Shown piece after piece: positions 36,251-48,717 of a stretch of 57,078 bases of DNA. Source of the DNA: Vicugna vicugna (taxonomy: Eukaryota). The stretch's first letter is position 1. Each line of letters starts with the position of its first letter. Location: the NCBI GenBank assembly GCA_013265495.1, contig MU058793.1, forward strand, positions 858,060 to 915,137, in the 5' to 3' direction. The notes beneath the pieces were generated by a model, which saw only the letters and a list, made by a program, of their open reading frames with translations, was not told the origin of the DNA and did no database searches. The position numbers and the translations under genes were made by a program.

Positions 36251-38500
36251 CTGGGTTCTTTTTCCTGTTACAGATGAACTTCCTGGCAAATTGCAGCATG
36301 CCTGCAGCAGCTGGAGGTGGATGAAAAATCTTGTTTTTCAAAACCCTCAGAGATCCTGAATTTAATTAAATGAGCATTTTGCACCATCCCCGAAGGAAGC
36401 AAAACAAACCACCATGTCTCTGAACTTCTAAGGACCTGGAGTCTCTCCTTCATTTGGTTTGGTGAGAAGCTGAGTGAGTTCCGCCCCTCAGGAGCTGGTA
36501 AAATAAGTACCACCCTGCCTCCAGACCTCCCCACCAGCTGAGGACTTTTTCCAGGAGCCCTGAGGGCAGACATTGTGAGCAGCTTCTTACCAGATACCGT
36601 CCTGTTTTGCAGGGTGAATTTCCATTAGGAGGGAGGAGGGAAAAAAAGAAAAAAAACAAAACAAAACAGAATTGTCTTAAAAAAAAAAAATTGAAAGCAG
36701 TTACCAGAACTTGGCCTATCCCCAGAAAGCTGCAGAAAGAGGCCCCACACTTCCTGATCCCCAGCTGCAAGCCCAGGCCTGTTTCCTGGCCCCGGGGGAG
36801 GGCAGGGCTTCGGGCCAGCCGAGGGGGCCCCCAGCTCTGCTGCTCCCTCCTTGGAAGACACCAGGCTCTGCCTGAGCAGAAGGAACTTCTGCAATCCGTT
36901 TGCAGGCCAAATCCCTTCTTTCCTTCTCTTTAGCCCAGTTGCCATGTCATCTTAAAAGAATCCTACTCCATTGCTGAGGTTTTTATGGCCAAAAAGAAGG
37001 ATCATTTCCAGTAGCGTGCTGCCTCTTCTCTCTCTCCATTCCTTCCTCTCCCTGCTTCTCCCCACCCACCCCTCTGGACCCAGAGTAAGAATAAAGGGAC
37101 CTCAAAGCATCACTCAACCCTCAGTGGGGTGACTCCCAGCTGACCACCTCCCTCCTCCACAGGCAAGTGGATCCAAATGAGTAAAGAGAATTGGTCCCCC
37201 CGCCCCCCGCCATGCACACAGATTTACAGAAAAGACCCTCCACTTTCAGCAGGGGTTAACAGCATGACCTCAGCAGCCACACTGCTGGGGGCCGAATCCT
37301 GATTCCGCCCCATCCAGGCTGGTATTTAACCTCTTGCTACCTCAGTCTCCTCATCTATAAAATGGGTGTGGTTAGTGGCGGTTACATGAAACCACCTGTG
37401 TGAAGCTCTGAGTGATGCTTGTCCTGAAGAAAGTGCTCCAGAGCCTCCTTTTCCCCCTTGCGTTCCACAGGATGACACCCACCCTTCCCTGCTGAGCCTC
37501 TAATCTCAGCTCCCCAGTCCTGCCTTTCAAATGTGTTGTGTCATCACTTATTTGCAAACATGTCTATTTGATTTCAAATTAAAAGGCTTTTGAGTCGAAT
37601 TAAAAGCCAAAACACAGGCAAGAGAGGAAAAAAGAGAGGCTGACAGACATGTTAGTAAACAGCGAAATATTTCTGAAGGCTGGATACAGAGAACTCAGAC
37701 GCCAGAGGGTTCACATTGACAGACTTTTGATATGAGGAGACACGTGAACATCAGCAGAGGGAGATTTTTCTGGGGATTCACACACCAGGAACACGGATCC
37801 CTCCTCCTCCCTCCCCACCAGTACTCAGAGTTCCGCTGACTGGATGATCAAGGCCTCGTTGTCTTCCACTGCCATGATCACAGTCTGAGCCTGATTGTTC
37901 CCATAACTCATTAACAATTCTCCAAGTTAAATATTAAAGCATTCATGCAAACAGGGTGGAGTGAGCCAAACCCCAAACCTTCCAGTTAGGGATATCGGCT
38001 AGACAGCCAGCTACTGGAAAAAAAAGGAGAGAGATGGGGGGAAAAAAAAACCCCGCAAAACAAAACTGAGGGCCACACCACTGCATCGACACTATGACTA
38101 CAGAGTTTTCAGAGTTCAGAAAAGTGAGGCACATGGTGGGGGTGGGGGGAGCGTCCCTGGACAGTCACAGCTCAGCAGCAGATTCACCAGAGCTGCGGCA
38201 GGCTGCTGTGGGTGGGGATCGCCCATCTCCAGAAGCTCTGGGGAAGTTCCAGGAGGTGTGAAGACTTCTTTCGCCCTCTCTCTCAGAGAGATGGAGACGT
38301 AGGCCTCCTCGTGGCCTCGCCTTTCTCACAGTTCCCAAGCAAAGACTGATGGAGGCAGCTTCTGAACCCTGAGTCCCAGAGGCAGGGCTTTCTCTCTCCT
38401 CCGACACTTCGGAGCTTCTCGGGATGGGGTTAGTCTCGAGTTTCTTTGGCCAAAGGCAGTTCCAGGGATGAGGGTGGGTCCAACTCCAGAGAGAGGCATC

Positions 38501-38860
<360 letters not shown>

Positions 38861-39219
38861 CTGGAACGGGGCCCTTCCTGCTAAGCCGACTAATTCCTAG
38901 CACCAAGCCCTATTCTTCCACCAGAAGAATTCCCTTTTGTTTAACCTGTAACCTCTTCCTTACAAATTACAACCCCCCACCTAGCTACCTGTAAACACCG
39001 GCCCTCGCTTCACACGCAAGGGAAGTCCTGTTACTAAGCAACGCGCTGTGCCCTCCCGCTGTGTCTCAGGGTCAAATTCAGTTCCGGGACTCACAGACCC
39101 CACCTGGAGGCCATCCCCTACCCTAGAATGCCACCTCCACCCAGGGTTGACAAATAAGGAGGGAGTCCTAAGACCGTGGACTCTGGGTTACCCAAACAGG
39201 GTAAGTAATTAAAGGACTA

Positions 39220-39242
39220 GCATTTAACACTGCTGTATGTTA

Positions 39243-39301
<59 letters not shown>

Positions 39302-39520
39302 GAAAGAAAGAAAGTTGTTAAGAAAGTAAATCCTGAGTTCTCATCACACACACATTTTTTCCTACTTCTGTAGCATTGTATCAATATGAGATAATGGATG
39401 TTCACTAAACTAATTGTAATTATCATTTCATGCTGTATAAAAGTCAAAGCATTATGCTGTTCCCTTAAACTTACACAGGGCTGTATGTCAATTATATCTC
39501 AATAAAACTGGAAAGAAAAA
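39220..39520 (+). mobile_element. L1MB3-like 3' end containing a (TAAA)n expansion (39243-39301)
   Basis: AAAGTTGTTAAGAAAGTAAATCCT..GGATGTTCACTAAACT..TGTATGTCAATTATATCTCAATAAAACTGGA. Confidence 0.8.
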
Positions 39521-39775
39521 TAAGCAAATATAAAAACAAACAAACAAACAAACAAACTAGCAGGTACCACATGCTACTCTGTGCCAAGCACAGTTTACTT
39601 TCATCATCTTGTTTCATCCTCGCAAAAACCCTAAGAAGTAGCTGGTGTTATTTAATCCTCATCAAGCAGAGGGAGACACTGAGGCACAGAGAGGTTGGTC
39701 TAGCAGCCAGGAAAGAGCAGGGCTGGGACTGGAACCCAGGTCATCCGATTCCACTCTCTCTATCACTATGCTTAC

Positions 39776-39909
39776 CTTATCTATTTTGGGGGTGCAGGGA
39801 GGTAATTTGGTTTATTTATTTATTTATTTTAATGGAGCTACTGGGGATTGAACCCAGGACCTCGTGCGTGCTAAGCACACACTCTACCACTGAGCTATAC
39901 CACCCCCCT
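39776..39909 (-). mobile_element. Vic-1-like SINE
   Basis: CTGGGGATTGAACCCAGGACCTCGTGCGTGCTAAGCACACACTCTACCACTGAGCTATAC. Confidence 0.9.
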
Positions 39910-40436
39910 CATTGTACCTATTGTAAAGGCCCCATTAAGGCTATCTTCACACACCATCACAGATGTTGTCAGCTCGGCAGGCCTGGCATTGCTCTCTTAA
40001 TTCAGGACCCATGGGTGAAGATTTTCAAAGCTAAGAATGAATGATCTCTGACATCAAGGCTTCTTGAGTGAAGACTCTCAGGCTGCTGAACTGAAGTTGG
40101 CCCCTCCAGTGCTCTATATTTGATTCCTATTTTATTTTCTGATCACCCTCTTTCTTTCTGCGAACTCCAAAAAGGGCCTGATAATCCTGACCCAGCTCCC
40201 AGGAAGCTGGAAAGAGGATCAAGCAGGTCCATGAAGCAGCTTTTCAGAGAAGCAGAGAATTTATTCTTTCCCAAGTGTGCACCCAGCAGTTGAAGGTGAC
40301 ACCAACTCCCACCCACTTACAGGGTTGGCAGGGTGAGGGGTGGGTGCATGCCCACCTGGGATATTTTACCCAAGTCCTTGCACTGGCTCCTCACCATCAA
40401 ACAGTCCTGTAAGGGAGTATTATTAAGTCCACTTTA

Positions 40437-40594
40437 ATTTTTATTTTATTTTATTTTACTTTGGGGAGAGGTAATTAGATGTATGTATGTATGTATGTAT
40501 GTATGTATGTATTTTAATAGAGGTACTGGGGATTGAACCCAGGACCTCATGCATGCTAAGCACACACTCTACCACTGAGCTATACCCTCTCCAC
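40437..40594 (-). mobile_element. Vic-1-like SINE with (ATGT)n, inserted in a MIR
   Basis: Perfect 16-bp TSD TATTAAGTCCACTTTA at 40421-40436 and 40595-40610. Confidence 0.92.
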
Positions 40595-41235
40595 TATTAA
40601 GTCCACTTTAGAGGTGAAATAATTGAGTCCAGAGTGGTTAGGTCAATGGCCTGAGGCCACATGTCCGGTGGGCAGCCAGCTCAGGACGATGACTGCAAAG
40701 TCTGTGACCTTCCCACTCCTTCCCCTTCCTGACCCGCTGGCAGTGCCTCTGGTTAACACCACTGATCCTCCTGGGCCTAGGCATTCAGTGATCCACGAGA
40801 ATGTGGCAAGACTCCCCCATAAATCACCTCTCTTGGAGCGAGCTTCTCGCCAAATGGGCTGGCAGAGTGACAATGAGGAAGACAGGATGATGCTGTGCAT
40901 TTACCTCTCCCACATAAACGCCAAAGTGCAGGTGGGGGTGGTGGGTGTGTCAGGGTGGAAGAGGGAGGTTCCATATGCCTTCCGATTAAGAGACCCTAAT
41001 TAAGGCAAATCTTCATGTGGTGCTGGGATCCTAAGACAACAATTCTCTTGTGAAGCTTCTGAATCATGCTTGTCCCAAGTCAGCACAAAAGACAGGCAGC
41101 AGGAGCACCAAGGAGACAGGCAAGACTCTCGGGCTGGGCTTGGGTTAGTTTAGAGGTGTGGTTGGTGGGAAGATGAGGCCCCGTTTCACAGTGAACCTGG
41201 TGAGAAGCCTTGCCCTGCCTGTGACCCCCACGTCC

Positions 41236-41368
41236 AGGACTGGTTGCATAATTTGCAGGGTCTACATAAAGTTAAAATGTGGGCCTGTGTTCAAAAACTA
41301 GTAAGAATTCAAGAGGGTGACAATAGAACTTTAAATGAGGCATAGGTCCCATGAAGGAGTCAGATCTG
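41236..41368 (+). mobile_element. MER45A-like hAT-Tip100 fossil
   Basis: CAGGACTGGTTGCATAATTTGCAGGG..AAAATGTGGGCC..TGTTCAAAAA..AAGAATTCAAGA..CCCATGAAG. Confidence 0.7.
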
Positions 41369-41779
41369 CCCACATGTAACCTCTTCCTCAACTTTCTCAG
41401 AAATGGATTCACCTCTGATGAGGACTGTAATTTGCCAGATCACTAGGTGTCTCTGCCTAGGGGAAACTGCTCTAGGAACAGAATGAGGCCAGTAGAAAGA
41501 CAAGAAAAGAGAAATGGGATGGAACAACCCAAAGATGGCTGGGACCTCAGCAGGATACTTTCAAAGCTTTAAAAATGCTTCCTTAACCATTACCACCTAC
41601 AAAACATAGCATACACACAAAAATCAACATACAAAACGCAAATGAAAACTGCCGATAAAACCACATGCGGGCAAAGTTGCAGAGTAACTGGAATCTCATA
41701 GGTTGCTGGTGGGAATGCAAAATGGTGCAGCCACTCTGGAAAGTCTGGCAGTTCCTCTCAGGTTAATAGAATATTTACC

Positions 41780-42160
41780 TGTATCCGTCTGCTCAGGCTG
41801 CCATAGCAAAATGGCACAAACTCAGCGGCTTAAACGATAGACGTTTTCTCACGGTTCTGGAAGCTTGAAGTCCGTGATCAGGGTGCTGGCAAATTTGGTT
41901 TCTGGTGAGAACTCTCTTCCTGGTTTGCAGACAGCTGCCTTCTGGATGCATCCTCACATGGCCTTTCCTCCGTGCTCACAAACATAGAGAACTCTGGTGC
42001 CCCTTGCTCTTATAAGGACACAAGTTCAGTGGGATTATGGTCTCATCCTTGTAACTTCATCTAACCTAATTAGCTCCATAAAAGTACTACAAATGCAGTC
42101 ACACTGCAGATAGGGGCTTCAACAAACGAATTTGCAGGGGGACATTTTCAGTCCATAACA
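41780..42160 (-). mobile_element. Complete MLT1A-like solo LTR
   Basis: TG...CA termini with perfect 5-bp TSD TTACC at 41775-41779 and 42161-42165. Confidence 0.9.
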
Positions 42161-42225
42161 TTACCCAAGGGAAATGAAAAACCATGTTCACATAAAAACC
42201 TGAACATAAATATTTATAGCAGCTC

Positions 42226-42360
42226 TATTTGGGGTGGGGGGAGCTAATTAGATTTTTTTAAAAATTTGTTTGTCTTTTTAATGGAGGTACTGAGGATTGA
42301 ACCCAGGACCTCATGCATACTAAGCATATACTCTACCACTAACCTATACCCTCCCCACCC
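42226..42360 (-). mobile_element. Vic-1-like SINE
   Basis: ATGGAGGTACTGAGGATTGAACCCAGGACCTCATGCATACTAAGCAT..CTATACCCTCCCC; flanking AGCAGCTC repeats. Confidence 0.85.
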
Positions 42361-42984
42361 CAGAGCAGCTCAATTAATAATCAACACCTAGAAACATCCC
42401 AAATGTGAAGGGAGAAATAAACTGTGGTACATTCACACAACAGAATATTACTCAGCAATAAAAAGGAGACACTGCTGTTACATACAACAGGTTTGATGGA
42501 TTTCAAAGGCATTCAGGAGTGAAAGAAGCCAGTCTCAAGAGGTTATCCACTGCTTTATTTCATTTATATGACATTCTCAAAAAGACAAAAATACAAGGAT
42601 TAAGAACAGATCAGTGGTATCACTATACAGTAATAGCTGGAGAGAGTTTTTGGTGTTCTGTGTCCTAATTGTGGTGGTAAGTTATACAAATCGACATGCG
42701 TGCTGAAATTCATAGAACTGTACACCAATTTTTGAAGCCAAGTTTGCTGTATATTAATTTATGAAAAAATGTTCAGATCATCCCAACAAAAAAGTAAATA
42801 AAAACAGTTTGCCAGGAGCCTAGGGGCTTATTTGCCATCTGGTCCTAGTTCTCAAGATCATTTAAAATCCTTTCTCTCCTGCTTTGCATTCGAACAAACA
42901 AACAAACAAACACACCTGCCCCTAATTTAGCTCACCAGCTGTTTATTGAGCTACATGGTACAAGGTTCCATTTTGGGTGTTGTA

Positions 42985-43320
42985 CGGTTTCCAGAACTTT
43001 AGTGAATTGCAATTTAGGAGGCCTGGATGTGGAGGCAAAGAGGGCTGTGTGCAGAGGGACACCTCACAGCTGTGGCTGGTGGGTAGGTGAGCGGCCAGCC
43101 CTCCCCGTCTCCAGCCTGCAGGAAGGGAGCTGGGGCCATAAGTACCTCAATTTTCCTCCCACCCTCAGTCTCTCCCAGGACTCCTATTGGCCAAATCCAG
43201 GTTGAAGCCAGCAGGCATAGAAACTTTTGGTCTTGCCCATTTAGGGCAGCCTCCCAGGATGCAGAGCAGGGTGGAAAAGAAGGGCGGATGTGGAGAGGTA
43301 AACACAATGTGTAGCACAAC
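42985..43320 (-). mobile_element. LTR33-like ERVL LTR
   Basis: Minus strand TTCCACCCTGCTCTGCATCCTGGGAGGCTG..TGGCTTC..TTTGGCCAATAGGAG..GCTCCCTTCCTGCAGG. Confidence 0.65.
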
Positions 43321-45279
43321 CCACGTGGGTCCTGCTCTCAAGGGCACAGAGTCTGTTGGGAGAGGCAACACCTTTGCAGGGATTAACCAAGAAGCAGAAT
43401 GCAGTGCTTTAGTACAGGTAAAAGGTCATACTGGAAAGAGGGCATAGGGAAGGGCTTCCTCCAGCTGGACCTAGAAGGATGAACAGAACACTAGCCGGTA
43501 GAGGAAGGAAGGACATCCTGGCCAAAACGAAGAAATGCAAACCCCTCCCGAGGAGTTCAGTTTAATTCATCATTCATTTACAGAAAGGTAGCTAATGTTC
43601 ACGGTTAGAAGCACCAGATTCAGCATGAGAGGAACCTGGGATTGAATACTAACTCTATGGTGTATATGCTGTGTGGTCTTCAGCAAGTTGCTAAACATCT
43701 CTGATTCTCACTTTCCTGGACTTTGGGGAAAAGTCAATGAGACAGCATACATACCATGCTGCTCATATACCTCATAATATTTGGCAGGGTTTGCAGCTGC
43801 AGTTCATGACCAGAAAGTAACCAAACTTCCCTCTGACAGACGTAAACATACTATGACTTCCCAAATCAAGTTCCTATTCAGTCCACAGGGCCAGCCTCAC
43901 AAGACCAAAGTGCCCTTCCTGGGATGGGCACCAGCCCTTTCCTGTTGTTGTCATTGACGTCCCTGCCTCCTCTCTCTAGCCCTCCTTCTCCCAGGGACCT
44001 AACATTCTGCCCATGTGCCCGGCACCCCTATTTCTAGCTCTATCCACTGTGGAGAATAGAGGAGTCTCACCCTCTTTAATGAAGCATCACTCTAGAAAAT
44101 AAACAAGCCCTTACCTACTAAAAGTAGGTTACAGTTCATAACATTATGAATTTATTAAAAAAGCAAAGTGCAGCAAACAAAATTCTCCCTTTGACAGAAC
44201 AAAAGCACAGAGGGATAGAAATGAGAGCCCCTTGTCCATCCTGTCCCGTATCTAAAACCCAGTGTCCAGCACAGCTGTCCAGGTGCTCAATCCACAGTAG
44301 TCGAGTGCTCAAAGGCAAAAATTCTGCAATCAGGTGATCCAAATTCAGGTCCCGGCTGCACCACTTGCTAACTCTTCTACCCAGGGTAAATCACTGAAGC
44401 ATGTTCAGTCTCAGTTTCTCCATCAATAAAATGGGAAAAACTATAGTGATTACTTCATAGGGTTATTATGAGGATTAAACTAGTCAATCTAAACTTCTTA
44501 GTGCCTAATGCATTATAAATAATAATAATTATTGTTATTATTTATTATTATTATTGACACTACCACCTATCAAACATGGAGCAGTCCCGCAAGGAGATCA
44601 CCTATGGAGAATGTAGGGAGAAAACAGACCTGTTGGTAACTAGTTTCCAAAACACTGTGATTAGTGGAATGAGCAAAATGTTAGGAGAACGCAGAGGAGA
44701 GAGAGTCCTTTGGAAATCCCTAACCTCATCAGGGGACGCCTGGCATCAGAATCCCAGCATTACAACCTAGGACTTTGCCCAGGGAAGCTTAGGGGCACAG
44801 TGGGGTGGGGTGTAGGGAGGAGGAGGAGTTCTCACAGGGATAGGGGCAAAAGCAGTCTGGAAGTGACTCAGAGACACTTTAAAGTGACAGAATGGGAAGT
44901 GTACCTGTCAGCACTTCTCTGACTGAATCATCTTCACCAGGGAACCAGCCTGCCCTGAGTAGCTGGGGGTGGCCCCTGTCAGTGACACACACACACATAT
45001 ATGCGCACACACCACCCCTTCCTTCTCCAGGCACCTCCTCCCCTCTTCTTCCTCCTCTGCCCTTGATGGTCACTTTGACCAGATGACGCCAGTACAGACA
45101 GACCAAAGATAAGTAGGCACACGCAGGTGGGGTGAGGGAGGATTGGCACAGGTCACACTGTCACGACGTATCATTAACACTTCCACTGGGGATGTTACCT
45201 CCAAAGGTCACCACAGAGATAAACTGCCAGAACTAAGAGAAGACGTTCCCCCATATAACTTTGCAAAACTTGTCTCCAT

Positions 45280-45540
45280 CACCAGGCACTCTCTGCCTTT
45301 GGTGCCCTATGCACTGATATATTTTTAAAAAATAAATCCTGTACTTACCCAGTGAGAGCGCAATTACATAGCATTGCATTTGTGCATGTGTTAAAAGTGT
45401 TACTTTGTTACACAAATGTGAATTCAACAAGGGCAGAGATTTTGAGCTGTTTCGTTCTTTGTTGCATCCTTCATTCATAGAAATGTGCCTGGCGCATAGT
45501 AGGCGCTCTGTTAACATTTGCTTAAAGAAGACATAAATAA
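45280..45540 (+). mobile_element. L2a 3' end
   Basis: AAGGGCAGAGATTTTG..GTGCCTGGCGCATAGTAGGCGCTC..ACATTTG. Confidence 0.7.
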
Positions 45541-45666
45541 TCCACTATTTCTGCAGCCCTGTTTTCACCCTGTCTTCCTTAAAAAACAAAACAAAACAAA
45601 AACAAAAAACTAGAAGCCTCAAGAAAGGAGTGGGAGGCATCCACCTCATCTTAATAATCAGTTAAT

Positions 45667-45860
45667 AGGTTCTCAGCATAGGGCGCTGCTCCTCCAACCT
45701 GGGAGACAATTGGAAATATGAAGGGGTGGCTTTGGTTGTCACAATGACTGTGGGGTGGCTACTGGCATTTAGTGCCAGAGATTCAGGGATCTAAATGTCC
45801 TGCATTGCCAGAATGGCCCCAACCAAAGAAATGTCAATGGCATTCCGGTCAGAAACATTA
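45667..45860. mobile_element. MER20-like hAT-Charlie fossil
   Basis: GGTTCTCA..TTTGGTTGTCACAATGACTG..GCTACTGGCATTTAGTG..CAGGGAT..AAATGTCCTGCA. Confidence 0.7.
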
Positions 45861-46265
45861 CCTGGGTTGCCAACTCCTACGGGGACCTGTGTCTCCGGAC
45901 CCCACACAGGGTGTGACAGCGACTGGGTGTTTAATAAGTTTCAGCCAAAGAGACTGGAGGGAACAGGGTAGGAGGGCAAGGGGGGAAGGGTGCCAGTAGG
46001 AGGCAAGACAAAAAGAAAGGGCTGCTGTGCTGGTAGGGGAAAGGCCTCCCGAGGCTTGAGACAAACCCAGTCCCTTGCATCTTCTGATGCGTCCAGTATA
46101 TTTAAAAGAGAGGCTATGCCAAATTAGGGTGTACTGAAAGCTTTTGGATGAAAGGCAAGATCCCTGAGTCCTGCCAGGAAAATCCCAGGATGGATCCCAG
46201 GCCAGCAGCCAGGGCCTGGCTGCTCCTCCATGCCCTCAAGAGACGGTTCAACAAGTTCAGGTCCC

Positions 46266-46870
46266 AGCGCCCTTTAGAGAGTGAAGGTGGTCCCTGCTCC
46301 CCAGCCGGGATTTGCGCCCGGGGTGCGCGGCGTCTTGGAAAACCGCCCACGTGGGAAGCCCAGGCTGCATTTCCGCCCGAGACTGACCTCGCTCCCACCC
46401 CCCGCCGGGTTCCCGCGCGGCCGCCCCGCGTCCACTAGGTGGCGCCTGCGTTCTAGTCGGCGCCTCTCAGGCGCAGACGAAAGCGACCGCGGAGGCTGGC
46501 GACAGATCGAACCTGAGTCCCAGGATTCCGGGGGCTGGAGGGCAGCGCCGGCAGCCAAGGTAGGATTCCCGAGCCTCGGGCCTTTCCTGCGAACCTCTGT
46601 GGTTGGGGCGGGCAGGTGGGGGCCGCCGAGCCCTGCTGGCGGTCTACGACGCAGGTAGCCAGACAAGTCTGAACGGCCGCACGTGTCGTTGCCTGCGGGG
46701 ACCCAGAGACCCGCGTCTCCCGGCTGGGCCTAGGGGCAGAGCAGAACACCGGGTCGCCCGCGCACAAACATCCTCCGCGAGCCAGTGCCTCTGGAAAGCC
46801 TGCCCAAATCCCCGATGGGCCAGTCGTAGGAAAAGAGTGACTGTTACACAAAGCGACTTCAGGCGTTGGA
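46266..46870. promoter_or_regulatory. Small CpG island with CTCF site, GC boxes and E-boxes
   Basis: Abrupt high CpG/GC density including GCGGCCGC (46417-46424); GGGGCGGG 46605-46612; CACGTG at 46348-46353 and 46680-46685. Confidence 0.8.
46429..46447 (+). promoter_or_regulatory. CTCF binding motif
   Basis: CGTCCACTAGGTGGCGCCT; core CCACTAGGTGGCGC fits the CTCF consensus CCACYAGRKGGCRS. Confidence 0.75.
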
Positions 46871-46896
46871 GCTGAGTGCTGATATAAGATCCAAAG

Positions 46897-47088
46897 CACC
46901 ATTTCTCAAACTTGCCTACATATTGGAATCGCTTGGAGACCATTAAAAAATACTGATGCCCTATTTCCTCCCACCCCCACCCACCCTAGACTCAAATCTA
47001 AGTGGTCTCGGTTGAGGTCTGGGCATCTGAATACCTAAGAGCTTCCCAGGAGATCCCAACCAGCAGGCAAGTGTAAGGACCTTGATCT
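46897..47088. mobile_element. MER5-like hAT-Charlie fossil
   Basis: TTTCTCAAACTTG..TTGGAATCGCTTGGAG..AAAAATACTGATGCC..GGTCTGGGCATCTG..CTTCCCAGGAGAT. Confidence 0.7.
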
Positions 47089-47419
47089 AAAGGGCTGGAG
47101 AAGACAGAGGACAGTTGTCGCAGCCCAGAATGCTGATTCTTCTCCTCGTCCTCCGCCCTCATCTTCTGTGTGCCTTTTAAGCAGGAAATGTCTCTGACTG
47201 TGAGCTGTCAAACCCAAGACAGCAAACCGACATCCTCCCTCCCGATAGGTCTGGCCCTGAAAGGGTTCAACTCAAAAGCGGGCAGGGAACAGAAAGGCAC
47301 AGATGTGGAATATGAGAGAAGACTCACGGGAAATGGGAGTTTCTCCTTACCCTCATCCCACAGAAGTTCAGGGGGCTTCCCAGAGCTGCCCTCATCATTT
47401 TAGTAAGTGCTACCTTTAC

Positions 47420-47830
47420 AGGAAAGTGGTTATGAGCACAGGCTTGGAGCCCCCATTGTCATCCCTTCCTTGTGTGTGACCCCTGGGGACTCATGGAACC
47501 CCTCCTAACCTCAGTTTCCTCATCTGCAAAATGGATATGATAGTATAAACATCTTAGAGTGGCCATGGGAATTATTGACTGTAACAGGTAATGTTTACTA
47601 AGGGCTCAGCGCTGTGCCAAATGCTTTCTGTGCGATGCCACATCGACTCCTCCCCATAACCCACAAGGTAGGTAGTCCTATAACTGCCCCATTTGATAGC
47701 TGAGGAAGCTGGGGTTCAGAGCCGCAAAGCAACTTGCTCAGGGTTCAATGATTAGTAAGAGGCAGACCCCGTATTTGAACCCGGGCAGTGTGATTCCAGA
47801 GCCCATGGCAAAAGTGCAGTAATCTGCCGC
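47420..47830. mobile_element. Two adjacent MIRs in opposite orientation
   Basis: CCTCAGTTTCCTCATCTGCAAAATGG (+, ~47510) and CCCATTTGATAGCTGAGGAAGCTGGGG (-, ~47690). Confidence 0.7.
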
Positions 47831-48096
47831 TTCCCTTGTTGCCAAAGGGACCACAGAGAAGGCACTCAGCACAGGGCAGTTCGTGGTGCCTCCTCCGTAT
47901 ACACGAGCTGTCACTGCAGCTAACGAAGCGCTTTTACCAGATTGACTCGTGTGTTCGTTTAGACTATATTTATTATTGGGAAACTACCACGCGCCCGGCA
48001 GTGTTCCAGGTGCTGGAGATAAAGTGGTAAGACAGAGGGAAACCAGCCTGGGGTGCACTCACACACTGCGTGAATGAGAGAAACGAGAAGGAAGGA

Positions 48097-48717
48097 CAGT
48101 GGATCCTCCTTATTTGCAGATTCTGTGTTTGCAAATCCTCTCACTTGCTAACATTTACCTGTGACCCCCAAATCAATGTCTGCAGCTCTTTCACGGTCCT
48201 TCACGGACACAGAGTGGCTAAAAATTTGAGTTGCCCGACACACGTGTTCTGCCTTCTTGGTTCCGCTCTCATAAGTGTAAACAAGTGTCCTTTTTGTGGT
48301 CTATTTAGTGCCACATTTTTTTTTCTATTTTTGCTTTTTTGGGGGGTGATTTTGCTGTTTAAAATCACCCCCAAACACAGTGCTGAAGTGCCGTCTAATG
48401 TTCCAAAGCACAAGAATGCTGTGATGTGCCTTGAGGAGAAAGTATGTTTAGATAAACTTTGTTCAGGCATGGCCTGTAGTGGTATTGTGTGAGAGTTCAA
48501 TGTGAATGAATCAACAATATGTACTAAATTAAGTGTCTTGAAATGGAAACACACATAAAACAAGGTTACATATTGATCTCTTGATGGAAATGTGACCAGA
48601 GGCTTGCAGAAACCTAACCTTAGGTTTTTCCCTTAAGAGAAATGTTTCAGTATTTGCTAATTCTATGTTCATGCAAGTTTATAGAATATAACCACTGTAA
48701 ATAATGAGAATTGATTA
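48097..48717 (+). mobile_element. MER82 (TcMar-Tigger) fossil inserted in an antisense L2
   Basis: CAGTGGATCCTCCTTATTTGCAGATTCTG..GTAAACAAGTGTCCTTTT..AAACACACATAAAACAAGGTTA..AATAATGAGAATTGATT. Confidence 0.85.

Larger units (their letters stand above)
41640..42770 (+). mobile_element. Old L1 (L1MD/ME-like) ORF2-end/3'UTR, interrupted by an MLT1A and a SINE
   Basis: TTGCTGGTGGGAATGCAAAATGGTGCAGCCACTCTGGAA..AACTGTGGTACATTCACACAACAGAATATTACTCAGCAATAAAAAGGA. Confidence 0.75.

Noticed and set aside
46114..46943. Six-frame ORFs of 90-149 aa in the CpG island
   Set aside because: Stop-codon depletion from high GC; Pro/Arg/Gly-rich and unlike any protein I recognise; not CHD9 coding sequence
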